Assembly (NCBI GenBank): GCA_030018495.1
Contig: JASEFS010000011.1
Coordinates: 22,838-86,837, forward strand
Length of the DNA stretch: 64,000 nt
From: Deltaproteobacteria bacterium
Lineage (GTDB): Bacteria; Desulfobacterota; Desulfobaccia; Desulfobaccales; 0-14-0-80-60-11
Direction: 5' to 3'
Shown: positions 10,612 to 20,455 of the stretch, piece by piece
Layout: every line of letters begins with the position of its first letter
How positions within the stretch are numbered: position 1 is the first letter of the stretch
Position numbers and translations under genes: made by a program
The notes under the pieces: model-generated
What the model was told of the DNA's origin: nothing
Databases searched by the model: none
Seen by the model: only the letters and a program-made list of their open reading frames with translations

Positions 10612-11238
10612 CTACTTTGAATATAGTTCAACAATGAGATGCTCTTGAATGGGTAAGGTAATATCCTCCCGGGTGGGCAGCATGTTCACCCGGCCGCGGG
10701 CTGCGTCCTTGTCCAGTTCCAGCCAGGCGGGACAGCCACGCCGGGCGGCGGCTTCCAGCGCATCCCGGATTTGGGCCATATTGCGGCTTTTCTCCGTCAC
10801 CTGGATAACGTCACCGGGGTTGACTAAGTATGATGGAATATCGACTTTTTGGCCGTTCACCAGGATATGGTTATGGCGCACCAACTGCCGCGCCTGGGCC
10901 CGGGAATTGGCGAATCCCAAGCGATATGCCACATTATCCAAGCGGCGCTCCAGGAGCACCAGGAGGTTCGTGCCGGTAACTCCCCGCATCCGCTCCGCCT
11001 GTTCAAAATAACCGCGGAACTGCTTCTCCATGAGGCCGTACATTCTCCTGACCTTCTGTTTTTCCCTGAGCTGCAGCCCGTAATCGGAAATTTTGGCCCG
11101 GCCTTGTCCGTGCTGACCGGGAGGATAGTTGCGGCGTTTCACCCCGCATTTGTCGGTGTAGCAGCGATCGCCCTTGAGATAAAGTTCCATGCGTTCACGC
11201 CGGCAAATGCGGCAACTGGGGCCTGTATATCTAGCCAA
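10612..11238 (-). CDS. rpsD: 30S ribosomal protein S4
   Basis: [15 protein letters not shown]...[10 protein letters not shown]. Confidence 0.96.
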   Translation of the reverse strand: MARYTGPSCRICRRERMELYLKGDRCYTDKCGVKRRNYPPGQHGQGRAKISDYGLQLREKQKVRRMYGLMEKQFRGYFEQAERMRGVTGTNLLVLLERRLDNVAYRLGFANSRAQARQLVRHNHILVNGQKVDIPSYLVNPGDVIQVTEKSRNMAQIRDALEAAARRGCPAWLELDKDAARGRVNMLPTREDITLPIQEHLIVELYSK

Positions 11239-11256
11239 AGCGGTAGTCCTCCGTTA

Positions 11257-11649
11257 TTAAACCCGTCTGCGTTTGGGGGGTCGGCAGCCGTTGTGGGGTA
11301 TGGGGCTGACGTCCCGGATGAGGTTCACCGAGAGGCCCGCGGCCTGAAGGGCGCGCAGCGCCGCCTCCCGCCCGGCTCCGGGTCCCTTCACGTATACGTC
11401 CACGTTGCGCATGCCGTGCTCCATGGCTTTGCGGGCCGCGTCCTGGGCCGCCAACTGCGCCGCGAAGGGGGTTCCTTTCCGGGAGCCCTTGAAGCCCTGC
11501 ACCCCGGCCGAAGACCAGGAAACTACATTGCCGTTCGGGTCGGTGATGGTAACCAGGGTATTGTTGAACGTGGCCTTGATATGAGCCACCCCGGTGGGGA
11601 TGTTCTTTTTCTCTTTCTTTTTTCGGGCGCCTGTGGGTCTTTTGGCCAT
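11257..11649 (-). CDS. rpsK: 30S ribosomal protein S11
   Basis: [22 protein letters not shown]. Confidence 0.96.
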   Translation of the reverse strand: MAKRPTGARKKKEKKNIPTGVAHIKATFNNTLVTITDPNGNVVSWSSAGVQGFKGSRKGTPFAAQLAAQDAARKAMEHGMRNVDVYVKGPGAGREAALRALQAAGLSVNLIRDVSPIPHNGCRPPKRRRV

Positions 11650-11658
11650 CAGCTTACC

Positions 11659-12033
11659 TTATCCTTTCTTTCTCCGGCCCACCACTGAGCGGCGGGGGCC
11701 TTTGCGGGTGCGGGCGTTGGTGTGGGTCCGCTGACCTCTTACCGGCAGGCCCCGGCGGTGCCGCAAGCCGCGGTAGCAGCCCAGGTCCATCAGGCGCTTG
11801 ATATTCATGGAAACTTCCCGGCGCAGATCGCCCTCCACCTTGGTGGTGGTGTCGATCACCTGGCGGATGCTGGTGATTTGGGCGTCATCCAGTTCCCTGG
11901 TCTTGGTGGCGCCGTCCACTTTCGCCTCTTTCAGGATTCTCGCCGCGGTAGTGCGCCCGATGCCGTAAATGTACGTCAGGGCGATGTCTATCCTCTTGTC
12001 TCGAGGTAAATCGATGCCGGCGATGCGTGCCAA
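11659..12033 (-). CDS. rpsM: 30S ribosomal protein S13
   Basis: [25 protein letters not shown]. It has a TTG start preceded by GGAGGA. Confidence 0.95.
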   Translation of the reverse strand: MARIAGIDLPRDKRIDIALTYIYGIGRTTAARILKEAKVDGATKTRELDDAQITSIRQVIDTTTKVEGDLRREVSMNIKRLMDLGCYRGLRHRRGLPVRGQRTHTNARTRKGPRRSVVGRRKKG

Positions 12034-12049
12034 TGTGTCCTCCGAATTC

Positions 12050-12186
12050 GCTGTAAGCTGTAAGCTGTAAGCTATAAGCTATAAGCTAAAAATCATGCTT
12101 TCCAAAATAGCCAAGTACCAAGCTTTCCGGGACATGTCATCACATTAGGCTAAAAGCTCAAAACCTAAAGCTTATAGCCTAAAGCT
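12050..12186. repeat. Heptamer-array hairpin module (AAGCTRT family) in the rpsM-rpmJ spacer
   Basis: The left arm (gctgtaa)x3(gctataa)x2 and the right arm aggctaaaagctcaaaacctaaagcttatagcctaaagct flank a 59-nt core. Confidence 0.8.
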
Positions 12187-12189
12187 CCC

Positions 12190-12303
12190 TCAGCCCTGAC
12201 GCTGCTTATGCTTGGGATTGATGCAGATCACCCTTACCACCCGTTTGCGGCGGATAATCTTGCACTTGGCGCAAATGCGCTTTACTGAGGGCTTGACTTT
12301 CAT
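12190..12303 (-). CDS. rpmJ: 50S ribosomal protein L36 (zinc-binding C+ form)
   Basis: My own translation is [37 protein letters not shown]. At 37 aa it is below the ORF-track length cutoff. Confidence 0.95.
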   Translation of the reverse strand: MKVKPSVKRICAKCKIIRRKRVVRVICINPKHKQRQG

Positions 12304-12312
12304 GATTAATCC

Positions 12313-12415
12313 TGTTTTCCCGGCATCCTTTCCGTTTTCCGCCACGTTGTTTACGGCTGCGTCACCTTAAAATCCAACGCTTAACAGAAAACCGAAAACT
12401 GAAAACCGAAAACCG
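12313..12415. repeat. Heptamer-array hairpin module (GTTTTCC / GAAAACC family) in the rpmJ-infA spacer
   Basis: The left arm tgttttcccggcatcctttccgttttccgc faces the right arm cagaaaaccgaaaactgaaaaccgaaaaccg. GTTTTC/GAAAAC blocks can pair, with a mismatch every seventh nt. Confidence 0.75.
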
Positions 12416-12421
12416 TTTTAT

Positions 12422-12640
12422 TTATTTCACCCGGTAAACAATCCGCCCGCGGCTCAAATCGTAGGGTGACAGTTCCACGATCACTTTGTCTCCCGGCAGG
12501 ATCTTGATGTAGTGCATACGCATCTTGCCGGAGATGTGGGCCAGCACCCGGTGGCCGTTGGGCAGTTCCACCCGGAACATAGCGTTGGGCAATGGCTCTA
12601 TTACCCGGCCCTCAACTTCGATGGCGTCTTCCTTAGGCAT
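12422..12640 (-). CDS. infA: Translation initiation factor IF-1
   Basis: [26 protein letters not shown]... Confidence 0.97.
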   Translation of the reverse strand: MPKEDAIEVEGRVIEPLPNAMFRVELPNGHRVLAHISGKMRMHYIKILPGDKVIVELSPYDLSRGRIVYRVK

Positions 12641-12734
12641 TAATCCTTTCTGTCAGGCTAAAATCTTAGCCTCATATCACTAAGCGCGCCCTGACCCCCG
12701 GCGGGCAGTCAAGCGGCTAACTTATTAGAATATC

Positions 12735-13481
12735 TCAAAGTCGGCTGAGAATCAAGACACCTTTATCCGTGAGAGCCACGGTGTGCTCGAAATGCGCCGC
12801 CAGCGAGCCGTCCTGGGTCACCGCGGTCCAGCCGTCGGGTAAAATTTTCACCTGCCAGGAGCCGGCGCTGGTCATGGGCTCAATGGCAAAGGTCATGCCC
12901 GCCTTTAACACCGGGCCCCGCCCCGGCGGCCCAAAATTGGGAATCTGCGGGTCTTCGTGCAGCGACCGCCCGATGCCGTGGCCCACAAACTGCCGAATCA
13001 CTGAAAACCCGTAGCGCTCCACCGCGGTCTGGGTGGCGTGAGAAAGATCGCTCAACCTTGCCCCCACCCTCATGGCATCGATGGCCGCGTACAAAGATTC
13101 TTCCGTGGCTTTCAGCAGGAGCTGCGCCTGCGGATTTATTTCCTCCACCGGCACCGTAACCGCGGCATCGCCATAGAAGCCGTTATAGCGCACCCCGAAA
13201 TCCAGGCTGACGATATCGCCGGCCTTGAGCTTGCGAGGGCCGGGGATGCCGTGCACCACTTCTTCATTCACCGCAATGCAAAGCGACGCGGGATAGCCCC
13301 GGTAGCCCTTAAAAGCCGGCTCCACCTTGCGCTTGCGGCAGCCTGCTTCGGCGACTTCATCCAACTCCCGGGTTTCCACTCCGGGCCGGATGAAGGTCTT
13401 CACTTCCGCCAAAATTTCAGCAACAATGCGGCTGGCCTTTTCCATTTCGGCGATTTCAGCCGCGGATTTCAAAAGAATCAT
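12735..13481 (-). CDS. map: Type I methionine aminopeptidase
   Basis: 248 aa with VHGIP, DFG...GFYGD, GHGIG and EHT, the metal-ligand pattern of this family. Confidence 0.95.
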   Translation of the reverse strand: MILLKSAAEIAEMEKASRIVAEILAEVKTFIRPGVETRELDEVAEAGCRKRKVEPAFKGYRGYPASLCIAVNEEVVHGIPGPRKLKAGDIVSLDFGVRYNGFYGDAAVTVPVEEINPQAQLLLKATEESLYAAIDAMRVGARLSDLSHATQTAVERYGFSVIRQFVGHGIGRSLHEDPQIPNFGPPGRGPVLKAGMTFAIEPMTSAGSWQVKILPDGWTAVTQDGSLAAHFEHTVALTDKGVLILSRL

Positions 13482-13484
13482 GAT

Positions 13485-13597
13485 GAGCTGTCAGCTATCA
13501 GCTTTCAGCCTTCAGCCTAAACCAGAACCCCGGCAGCGCCGCCTCCGTTGGAGGCCGCTGACCGCTTATTTGTGAAAGCCGGCCGCTGATAGCTGAA
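13485..13597. repeat. Heptamer-array hairpin module (CAGCTNT family) in the map-adk spacer
   Basis: The left arm is gagctgtcagctatcagctttcagccttcagcc. tcagctatcag (13491-13501) is perfectly complementary to ctgatagctga (13586-13596). An inner hairpin gcctcc-gtt-ggaggc is also present. Confidence 0.75.
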
Positions 13598-13605
13598 TTC
13601 TGTTC

Positions 13606-14256
13606 CTACTTCTCTACGATGCTGCAAATCTGCTTAAAAATGTCGTCGATGCCGCCTACGCCCTTGATAGGCCGCACCAGGCCTTTGGCCGAGTAATAAT
13701 CGATAAGCGGCTTGGTGGCCTGGTTGTATGTCGCAAGCCTGGAGCGCACCGTGGTTTCATTGTCGTCATCCCGCTGGTAGAGTTCGCTGCCGCACTTGTC
13801 GCACACGCCTTCCTTTTTGGGCGGAGTGAACTTGATGTGGTACATCTGGCCGCACTCGGGGTTCTTGCAGGTCCGGCGGCCGGTCAGACGGGTCACCAAT
13901 TCTTCTTCGTCCACATCGATGCTGACTACATGGTCGATCTTGGAGCCCATGTTGGCCAGCGCCTTGTCCAGAGCCTCGGCTTGGGGCACGGTGCGGGGAA
14001 ACCCGTCAAGAATGAAGCCTTTCTTGCAGTCAGGCTGCTTCAAGCGGTCTTCCACGATGCCGATGACCACTTCATCGGGCACCAGTTTTCCGGCATCCAT
14101 GTACTCCTTGGCCTTCTTGCCCATGGGCGTGCCTTCTTTGACCGCAGCCCTGAGGATATCGCCCGTGGAAATCTGGGGAATCTGGTACTTGTCGATAAGC
14201 TTCTTCGCCTGGGTGCCTTTGCCTGCTCCCGGACCACCTAACAGAATGAGATTCAT
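13606..14256 (-). CDS. adk: Adenylate kinase (Cys4 zinc lid)
   Basis: MNLILLGGPGAGKGTQA. The lid region contains CKNPECG...CDKCG. Confidence 0.96.
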   Translation of the reverse strand: MNLILLGGPGAGKGTQAKKLIDKYQIPQISTGDILRAAVKEGTPMGKKAKEYMDAGKLVPDEVVIGIVEDRLKQPDCKKGFILDGFPRTVPQAEALDKALANMGSKIDHVVSIDVDEEELVTRLTGRRTCKNPECGQMYHIKFTPPKKEGVCDKCGSELYQRDDDNETTVRSRLATYNQATKPLIDYYSAKGLVRPIKGVGGIDDIFKQICSIVEK

Positions 14257-14269
14257 ACGAGCCTCCTTT

Positions 14270-15583
14270 TCAGCGTCTTACCCGGCCTAAGCGTTTTTTC
14301 ATGAACCCGTCGTAATGCCGAGTGAGCATGTGCGATTCAATCTGGGCCATGGTGTCCATGGCCACGCCGACGACGATCAACAGCGCCGTGCCGCCGAAGT
14401 AAAAGGGCACGTTAAAACGGGAGATCAAAATAGTGGGCAGCACGCACACCGCAGCCACATAAAGAGCGCCGCCCAGGGTGATGCGGGTGAGAATGCGGTC
14501 AATATGATCCGCAGTAGACCTCCCCGGCCTGATGCCCGGGATGTAGCCGCCCCATTTTTTAAGGTTGTCGGCCACATCCACCGGGTTGAAGGTCACCGCG
14601 GTGTAAAAGTAGCAGAAGAAAATGATCAGAGCCACGTAAACCAGGTCATGGAGCCAGTGGCCCGGAGAGAGCGTGTCCACGATCCGTTTGAGCCATTCTA
14701 TTTGAATGAAGCTTCCCACCGTGGCCGGAAACATGAGCAGCGAGGACGCGAAAATAGGCGGAATCACGCCGGAGACGTTGACCTTGAGCGGCAGATGGGT
14801 GGATTGGCCGCCGAACATGCGCCGCCCCACCACCCGGCGGGCATATTGCACCGGGATGCGGCGCTGGCCCCGCTCCATGAACACGATGAAGGCCACCACC
14901 GCGATCATCATGATGATGAGCAGCACCATCAGCAGGAGGGGAATTTCCCCGGCCTTTATCAGTTCAATGCTCTTGATTATAGCGGACGGCAGCCGGGCCA
15001 CGATGCCGGCGAAGATGATCAGGGAAATGCCGTTGCCGATGCCGCGCTCGGTGATCATCTCGCCCTGCCACATGATGAACGCGGTCCCGGAGGTCAGGGT
15101 CAGGATGGTCATCAGGCGGAAGCCCCAGCCGGGATACAGCACCACCGCGTCGCCCGCGCCTTCCAGGCCCCCCATGCCTTCCAGGGCGATGCTGATGCCC
15201 AGGGCCTGGATGGCGGCGATGATCACCGTGCCGTAGCGGGTGTACTGCTTGATCTTTTTAGTGCCGGCTTCGCCTTCTTTATAAAGTTTCTCCAGGGCCG
15301 GGACGACCACCTTCATGAGTTCCATGATGATGGCCGCGCTGATGTAGGGCATGATCCCCAACGCGAAGACTGAGAGGCGCTCCAGCGCGCCGCCGGAGAA
15401 CATGTCGAACAGCCCGAAGATGGTGCGCTGCTGGCGGGCGAAAAAGTTCATCAGGGCGTCGGCGTCGATCCCCGGAGTGGGAATGAAACAACCGATGCGG
15501 TAGACCGCCAGCATCATGAGAGTGAAGAGGATTCGCCGCTTCAGCTCCGGTATTTTGGCAATATTTGCAATGCCGCTGGCCAA
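14270..15583 (-). CDS. secY: Preprotein translocase subunit SecY
   Basis: 437 aa, polytopic, with LFALGIMPYISA and GTALLIVVGVA. Confidence 0.96.
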   Translation of the reverse strand: MASGIANIAKIPELKRRILFTLMMLAVYRIGCFIPTPGIDADALMNFFARQQRTIFGLFDMFSGGALERLSVFALGIMPYISAAIIMELMKVVVPALEKLYKEGEAGTKKIKQYTRYGTVIIAAIQALGISIALEGMGGLEGAGDAVVLYPGWGFRLMTILTLTSGTAFIMWQGEMITERGIGNGISLIIFAGIVARLPSAIIKSIELIKAGEIPLLLMVLLIIMMIAVVAFIVFMERGQRRIPVQYARRVVGRRMFGGQSTHLPLKVNVSGVIPPIFASSLLMFPATVGSFIQIEWLKRIVDTLSPGHWLHDLVYVALIIFFCYFYTAVTFNPVDVADNLKKWGGYIPGIRPGRSTADHIDRILTRITLGGALYVAAVCVLPTILISRFNVPFYFGGTALLIVVGVAMDTMAQIESHMLTRHYDGFMKKRLGRVRR

Positions 15584-15585
15584 AG

Positions 15586-16026
15586 TCAGCCGACCTCCAC
15601 CCGACCGCCCGCGGCTTCGACCCGGGCCCTGGCTTGGGCGCTCACCGCCTGAACCTTGACGGTCAGGGGCACGGTGATTTCGCCGACGCCCAGGAGCTTG
15701 ACGCCGTCGGCTTTGCCTTTCACCAGCCCGGCTTGGCGCAGGATTTCCTCATCCACCACGGTTTCGGCGGGAAAGCGTGACAGATCGCGCAGATTCACGA
15801 TAGCCCACGCCCGCTTGAATTCGTTCCTAAACCCCCGCTTGGGGATGCGCCGCACCAAGGGCATCTGGCCGCCTTCGAACCCGGGCTTGAAGCCGCCCCC
15901 GGAACGGGACTTCTGGCCTTTATGGCCCCGGGCCGCGGTCTTACCCCAGCCGGAGCCGGGGCCGCGCCCTACCCTTTTCTTTTTGTGGCGGGAACCCGGC
16001 GAGGGAAATAAGTCGCTCAGTTGCAT
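15586..16026 (-). CDS. rplO: 50S ribosomal protein L15
   Basis: [27 protein letters not shown] prefer the ATG at 16026, which sits just after the rpmD stop, over the longer ORF-track start at 16074. Confidence 0.93.
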   Translation of the reverse strand: MQLSDLFPSPGSRHKKKRVGRGPGSGWGKTAARGHKGQKSRSGGGFKPGFEGGQMPLVRRIPKRGFRNEFKRAWAIVNLRDLSRFPAETVVDEEILRQAGLVKGKADGVKLLGVGEITVPLTVKVQAVSAQARARVEAAGGRVEVG

Positions 16027-16027
16027 A

Positions 16028-16219
16028 TCAGGCCTCTTCCTCGGGAACGCGCCGCACTTCAAGGAGATAATCAACTTGGTTGATCATCCCGACAAGCGCG
16101 GGCGTTTCCTTGTGCCGCACCGTCTTGTTCATCTTGGTCAAGCCCAGGGCCTGCACCGTCTTCCGGTGGGCCGGCACTCTGCCGATGGGGCTTTTGACCA
16201 GAGTAATTTCTAAAATCAT
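16028..16219 (-). CDS. rpmD: 50S ribosomal protein L30
   Basis: [26 protein letters not shown]. Confidence 0.94.
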   Translation of the reverse strand: MILEITLVKSPIGRVPAHRKTVQALGLTKMNKTVRHKETPALVGMINQVDYLLEVRRVPEEEA

Positions 16220-16226
16220 TATTTTT

Positions 16227-16360
16227 AGCCTTCAGCTATTCAGCTTTCAGCAGTCAGCCAAAACATCCGAAATCTGCGGCGACGCTGTAAGCATTTGTTT
16301 ATGTTTTTTTTTTGCCGAACCTATCCTGGCTGAGGGCTGACAGCTTATAGCTGACAGCTT
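16227..16360. repeat. Heptamer-array module (CAGCTNT family) in the rpmD-rpsE spacer
   Basis: The left arm agccttcagctattcagctttcagcagtcagcc and the right arm ggctgagggctgacagcttatagctgacagctt flank a core that contains a T10 run. Confidence 0.75.
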
Positions 16361-16361
16361 A

Positions 16362-16862
16362 TCATGCCATCAACTCGGCCAGCGGCCGGTTGCGCCGCTC
16401 GGCCACCTCTTCGGGGGCTGACAGCTGTTTCAAGGCCTCCATGGTGGCCTTCACCGCGTTATGAGGATTGTGAGACCCCAGACATTTGGTGAGCACGTTT
16501 TTGATGCCGGCCACTTCCACCACGGCGCGCACCGGGCCGCCGGCGATGACTCCGGTGCCTTCCGCGGCAGGCCGCAAAAGCACCCTGCCTGAACCGAATT
16601 GGCCCACCACCTGATAAGGAATGGTGTTATTGAGCAGGGGCACTTTAATCATTTCTTTTTTGGCCTGTTCCATGGCCTTGCGGATAGCTTCCGGCACTTC
16701 CTGGGCTTTGCCCAGCCCGGCGCCGACCCAGCCCTGGCCGTCCCCCACCACCACGATGGCGCTGAAGCGGAAGCGCCGCCCACCTTTTACTACCTTGGCG
16801 ACGCGGTTGATGCTCACCACCTTGTCGACTAACTGCGCTTCCGAAGTCTCGGTTTCGAACAA
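16362..16862 (-). CDS. rpsE: 30S ribosomal protein S5
   Basis: [33 protein letters not shown] lies 6 nt upstream of the in-frame TTG at 16862. The GTG at 16868 abuts the SD, so it is less likely to be the start. Confidence 0.93.
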   Translation of the reverse strand: MFETETSEAQLVDKVVSINRVAKVVKGGRRFRFSAIVVVGDGQGWVGAGLGKAQEVPEAIRKAMEQAKKEMIKVPLLNNTIPYQVVGQFGSGRVLLRPAAEGTGVIAGGPVRAVVEVAGIKNVLTKCLGSHNPHNAVKATMEALKQLSAPEEVAERRNRPLAELMA

Positions 16863-16873
16863 GCTCACCTCCT

Positions 16874-16983
16874 GAGCTATAAGCTTTAAGCTATAAGCTT
16901 TAAGCCTTAAGTTTCAAATAATGTACGTTTATCGAAAGGCCAGGTTCTATCTTTTTGGCCCCTGGCCCCTGACCCCTGACCCC
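16874..16983. repeat. Mixed-family heptamer arrays (AAGCTWT on the left, GGCCCCT/GACCCCT on the right) in the rpsE-rplR spacer
   Basis: gagctataagctttaagctataagctttaagccttaag ... ggcccctggcccctgacccctgacccc. The right array runs into the rplR stop codon. Confidence 0.8.
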
Positions 16984-17351
16984 TAAAAAATAAGTCCCTG
17001 TTCCCGGCAGCCTTCCGCCAGGGTTTTTACCCGGCCATGGTACTTGAAGCCGTTGCGGTCAAAGACCACGCTGACGATGCCCTTGGCCTTGGCCTTTTCC
17101 GCCAGGAGCTTGCCCACTTCCTTGGCCGCGTCGCTCTTTTTGAGGTTTTCCAGCTTTCCTTTGAGCTCCGGGCTCAGGGTTCCGGCCGCGGCCAGAGTCT
17201 GCCCGGCCTGGTCATCGATAATCTGGGCATAGATATGCCTGGCGCTGCGAAACACCGACAGCCGCGGCCTCTCCACCGTGCCGCCGGTTTTGGTGCGGAT
17301 GCGCCGTTTGCGTTTCAACCGCATGGCCATGCGGGGGTTCATCTTGCTCAT
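16983..17351 (-). CDS. rplR: 50S ribosomal protein L18
   Basis: [18 protein letters not shown]...[24 protein letters not shown]. Confidence 0.95.
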   Translation of the reverse strand: MSKMNPRMAMRLKRKRRIRTKTGGTVERPRLSVFRSARHIYAQIIDDQAGQTLAAAGTLSPELKGKLENLKKSDAAKEVGKLLAEKAKAKGIVSVVFDRNGFKYHGRVKTLAEGCREQGLIF

Positions 17352-17364
17352 CGCGTAACCTTTT

Positions 17365-17490
17365 TAAGCTGTAAGCTATAAGCCTTAAGCTCTAAGCTTA
17401 TCTTAAGTCCGAAATGACAGCTTCTCCGGATCATGACATAATGATTTTAGAGGCTTGCAGCTTATAGCCTATAGCTTATAGCTTACAGCC
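17365..17490. repeat. Heptamer-array hairpin module (AAGCTRT family) in the rplR-rplF spacer
   Basis: 17368-17383 gctgtaagctataagc is perfectly complementary to 17474-17489. By hand alignment the arms match at 27 of 31 positions overall. The right arm ends at the base before the rplF stop. Confidence 0.85.
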
Positions 17491-18030
17491 CTATCTAGCT
17501 CCTGCCTTGCCCACCTTGCGCCGCAATTTTTCGCCGGCGTAGCGGATGCCTTTGCCCTTATAGGAATCCGGCGGCCTTAAGCCCCGGATATTGGCCGCAG
17601 TCTGGCCCAATATCTCCTTGTCCGTACCTTTGAGCTCCAACCTGGTGGCTTTCTCCACCTGCGCGGTGATGCCCTTGGGAAGGGGAAATTCCACCGGATT
17701 GGAATAGCCGATGCTGAAAACCAGAGTGTCGCCCCGGCTCTCCACTTTGTAGCCGGTGCCCACCAACTCCAGCACCCGGGTGAACCCCGTGGAGACGCCG
17801 GTAACCATATTGTCCACCAGCGTCCGGGCCAGTCCCCAAAAGGCCTTGCTCTGCCGGCTTTCGTCCACCGGCTTGACCAATATCTGCTTGTCCCCAACCT
17901 CCAGGTCGACTCTGGGAGGAAGAATCCGGGACAGGGTCCCCAGCCCGCCGGTCACCGTCAGGGTGCCGTTGGTGAGCTGAACCTTCACGCCTTGGGGGAG
18001 GGGAATGGGTTTTTTACCGATGCGCGACAT
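17491..18030 (-). CDS. rplF: 50S ribosomal protein L6
   Basis: MSRIGKKPIPLPQGVKV. Confidence 0.96.
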   Translation of the reverse strand: MSRIGKKPIPLPQGVKVQLTNGTLTVTGGLGTLSRILPPRVDLEVGDKQILVKPVDESRQSKAFWGLARTLVDNMVTGVSTGFTRVLELVGTGYKVESRGDTLVFSIGYSNPVEFPLPKGITAQVEKATRLELKGTDKEILGQTAANIRGLRPPDSYKGKGIRYAGEKLRRKVGKAGAR

Positions 18031-18042
18031 AGTTTGACATCC

Positions 18043-18441
18043 TTACCAAATCTGGCACAACACTTCCCCGCCCACCTTGAGCTTGCGGGCCTGGCGGTCC
18101 GTAATCACGCCCTTGGAAGTGGATATCACCGCCACTCCCAGGCCGCCCTGGACCCTGGGCAGATCCTCGTAGCCTACATAGACCCTCAAGCCCGGCCGGC
18201 TGACGCGCTCAATCCTCTGAATCAGGGGCTTTTGGCTATCGTCATACCTGATGTAGACCCGCAGGATGCCCTGGCGGTTGTCTTTAATGACTTTGTAGTT
18301 TTTGATAAAACCCTCTTCCTTGAAGATGCGGGCTAAGGCGATCTTCATGCGGGATGCGGGTATATCCACCTTGTCGTGCCCGGCCCTGCCGGCGTTTCTG
18401 ATCCGGGACAACATGTCGGCAAGGGGATCGGTCATACTCAT
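18043..18441 (-). CDS. rpsH: 30S ribosomal protein S8
   Basis: TDPLADMLSRIRNA. Confidence 0.96.
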   Translation of the reverse strand: MSMTDPLADMLSRIRNAGRAGHDKVDIPASRMKIALARIFKEEGFIKNYKVIKDNRQGILRVYIRYDDSQKPLIQRIERVSRPGLRVYVGYEDLPRVQGGLGVAVISTSKGVITDRQARKLKVGGEVLCQIW

Positions 18442-18459
18442 ATCAGCCTCCCAGGCGCT

Positions 18460-18645
18460 TTACCAACTGGATTTGATTACTCCGGGGATTTCGCCCCTTA
18501 AGGCCATGGTCCGAAAGCAAATGCGGCAGATGCCGAAGCGCCGGATAAAGGCCCGGGGCCGCCCGCACAACGGGCAGCGGTTGTAGCGCCGGACTTCGAA
18601 TTTCGGTTCACGATTGGCTTTGTTGATCAGCGATTTCTTGGCCAT
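18460..18645 (-). CDS. rpsZ: 30S ribosomal protein S14, type Z (zinc ribbon, 61 aa)
   Basis: [44 protein letters not shown]. Confidence 0.95.
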   Translation of the reverse strand: MAKKSLINKANREPKFEVRRYNRCPLCGRPRAFIRRFGICRICFRTMALRGEIPGVIKSSW

Positions 18646-18681
18646 CCCAATCTCCGCAGAGAGGAAGCCCCTCTGCCTCGT

Positions 18682-19236
18682 CTATTTTCTGAAGGGCATG
18701 CCCAACAGAGACAGCAAAAATTTCCCTTCCTCATCAGTGGACGCGGTGGTCACGATGGTGATGTTCATGCCCTTGACTTTATCTATCTTGTCGTAGTCGA
18801 TTTCCGGGAAGATGATCTGCTCCTTGATGCCCAGGGTGTAATTGCCCCGGCCGTCGAAGGAGCGGTCGCTTACGCCCCGAAAATCCCGCACCCGGGGGAG
18901 CACGATATTCACCAATTTGTCCAGGAAATAATACATGCGGGCCCGGCGCAGGGTCACCATGCAGCCGATGGGCATGCCTTCCCTGAGCTTGAACGCCGCG
19001 ATGGACCGGCGGGCGCGGGTCACCACCGGCTTCTGGCCGGTAATGGCGGCAAGCTCGGCGCTGGCCGAATCCAGGAGCTTGATGTTCTGGATGGCCTCTC
19101 CCAGTCCCATATTGATAATGACTTTTTCGATCTTCGGCACCTGCATGATGCTTTTGTAGTTAAACTCCTTCATCATGCGGGGCACGCATTCCTGCTTGTA
19201 AAATTCATAGAGCCTGGGGGTCGCTTGTTCAGCCAT
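18682..19236 (-). CDS. rplE: 50S ribosomal protein L5
   Basis: [15 protein letters not shown]... Confidence 0.95.
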   Translation of the reverse strand: MAEQATPRLYEFYKQECVPRMMKEFNYKSIMQVPKIEKVIINMGLGEAIQNIKLLDSASAELAAITGQKPVVTRARRSIAAFKLREGMPIGCMVTLRRARMYYFLDKLVNIVLPRVRDFRGVSDRSFDGRGNYTLGIKEQIIFPEIDYDKIDKVKGMNITIVTTASTDEEGKFLLSLLGMPFRK

Positions 19237-19582
19237 CGATCAATTCCTTACATTTCATGCAGACCCGGGCCTTCTTGCCCTCGGCGGTCTCCGTCAGCCG
19301 AAAGCGGGTGGCGGTGGCGCACTTGGGGCAGATGAGCATCACTTTGGAGACGTGCATGGGCGCCTCCTTTTCCACGATGCCCCCCTGGCCGGTGGTCGGG
19401 CTGGGCCGGGTGTGGCGCTTGATCATATTCACCTTTTCCACCAGCACCTGGTTCTTGTCCCGGATGACCCGGAGAATCTTGCCGGTTTTGCCTTTTTCTT
19501 TGCCGGAGAGCACTTCCACCAAATCATTTTTTTTCAGGCGGATGGTCACCGGCTCGATGGGTTTTTTCTTGGCCTTGGGCAT
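19229..19582 (-). CDS. rplX: 50S ribosomal protein L24 (with C-terminal CxxC...CxxC)
   Basis: KOW region [21 protein letters not shown]. The C-terminus reads [10 protein letters not shown]...CMKCKELI. Confidence 0.94.
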   Translation of the reverse strand: MPKAKKKPIEPVTIRLKKNDLVEVLSGKEKGKTGKILRVIRDKNQVLVEKVNMIKRHTRPSPTTGQGGIVEKEAPMHVSKVMLICPKCATATRFRLTETAEGKKARVCMKCKELIDG

Positions 19583-19584
19583 GA

Positions 19585-19953
19585 CTAGAGCACCTCCGGG
19601 GCCAGCGAGATGATCTTCATGAACCGCTTGGCCCTGAGCTCCCGGGCCACCGGCCCGAAAATCCGGGTGCCGATGGGGTCGCCCGCCGGGTTGATGAGAA
19701 CGGCGCTGTTATCGTCAAATTTGATGTAGGAGCCGTCGGGGCGCCGCGTCTCTTTCGCGGTGCGCACCACTACGGCCCGCATGACGTCGCCCTTCTTCAC
19801 TTTGGAATGAGGGAGCGCCTCCTTGACCGCCACGATAATGACGTCCCCCACCCTGGCGTAGCGCCGTCTGGTGCCGCCCAGCACCCGTATGCAGAAAAGC
19901 CGTTTGGCTCCGGAATTGTCGGCTACGGTTAAATTGGTATGAACCTGAATCAT
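19585..19953 (-). CDS. rplN: 50S ribosomal protein L14
   Basis: [19 protein letters not shown]. Confidence 0.97.
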   Translation of the reverse strand: MIQVHTNLTVADNSGAKRLFCIRVLGGTRRRYARVGDVIIVAVKEALPHSKVKKGDVMRAVVVRTAKETRRPDGSYIKFDDNSAVLINPAGDPIGTRIFGPVARELRAKRFMKIISLAPEVL

Positions 19954-19976
19954 GGTTGTCTCCCGGCGGCGGCTCT

Positions 19977-20237
19977 TTACAGAGCCTTTTCCAGGATCTC
20001 CTTTACCCGCCAGCGTTTATCCCGGCTTAAGGGACGGGTTTCTTCGATAAGCACCTTGTCCCCGATCTGACAGGAATTTTGGGGATCGTGAGCTTTGAAC
20101 TTGTTGCGGCGCCGGATGATTTTCTTGTAGAGGGGGTGGGCCACCAAACGTTTCACTTCCACCACCACCGTCTTATCCATTTTGTCGCTGACGACGACTC
20201 CCACCCTGGTTTTGCGCAGCCTGCGCTCTTTTTCCAT
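19977..20237 (-). CDS. rpsQ: 30S ribosomal protein S17
   Basis: [27 protein letters not shown]. Confidence 0.95.
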   Translation of the reverse strand: MEKERRLRKTRVGVVVSDKMDKTVVVEVKRLVAHPLYKKIIRRRNKFKAHDPQNSCQIGDKVLIEETRPLSRDKRWRVKEILEKAL

Positions 20238-20257
20238 TGCGTGTTCCTAGTCCCCGG

Positions 20258-20455
20258 CTACAAGATTTGCCCGGTTTTTTCCTTAAGCACCGTTTTCAGG
20301 CGGGCTATGTCCTTTTTGGCCTGCCCCAAGCGGGCGGTGTTGTCCAACTGATTGGTGCTGTGTTGAAATTGCAGATTGAAAAGCTCTTCGGACACTTCCT
20401 TGAGCTTGACCGTGAGCTCTTCCACCGTCAGGTCCCGCAAATCCGCCGCCTTCAT
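20258..20455 (-). CDS. rpmC: 50S ribosomal protein L29
   Basis: [31 protein letters not shown]. The ATG at 20455 overlaps the rplP stop (ATGA). Confidence 0.93.
   Translation of the reverse strand: MKAADLRDLTVEELTVKLKEVSEELFNLQFQHSTNQLDNTARLGQAKKDIARLKTVLKEKTGQIL

Noticed and set aside
16297-16310. A T10 run in the rpmD-rpsE spacer core, considered as a terminator tail.
   Set aside because: On the transcribed (minus) strand it is an A run, and no preceding GC hairpin exists in the right orientation.
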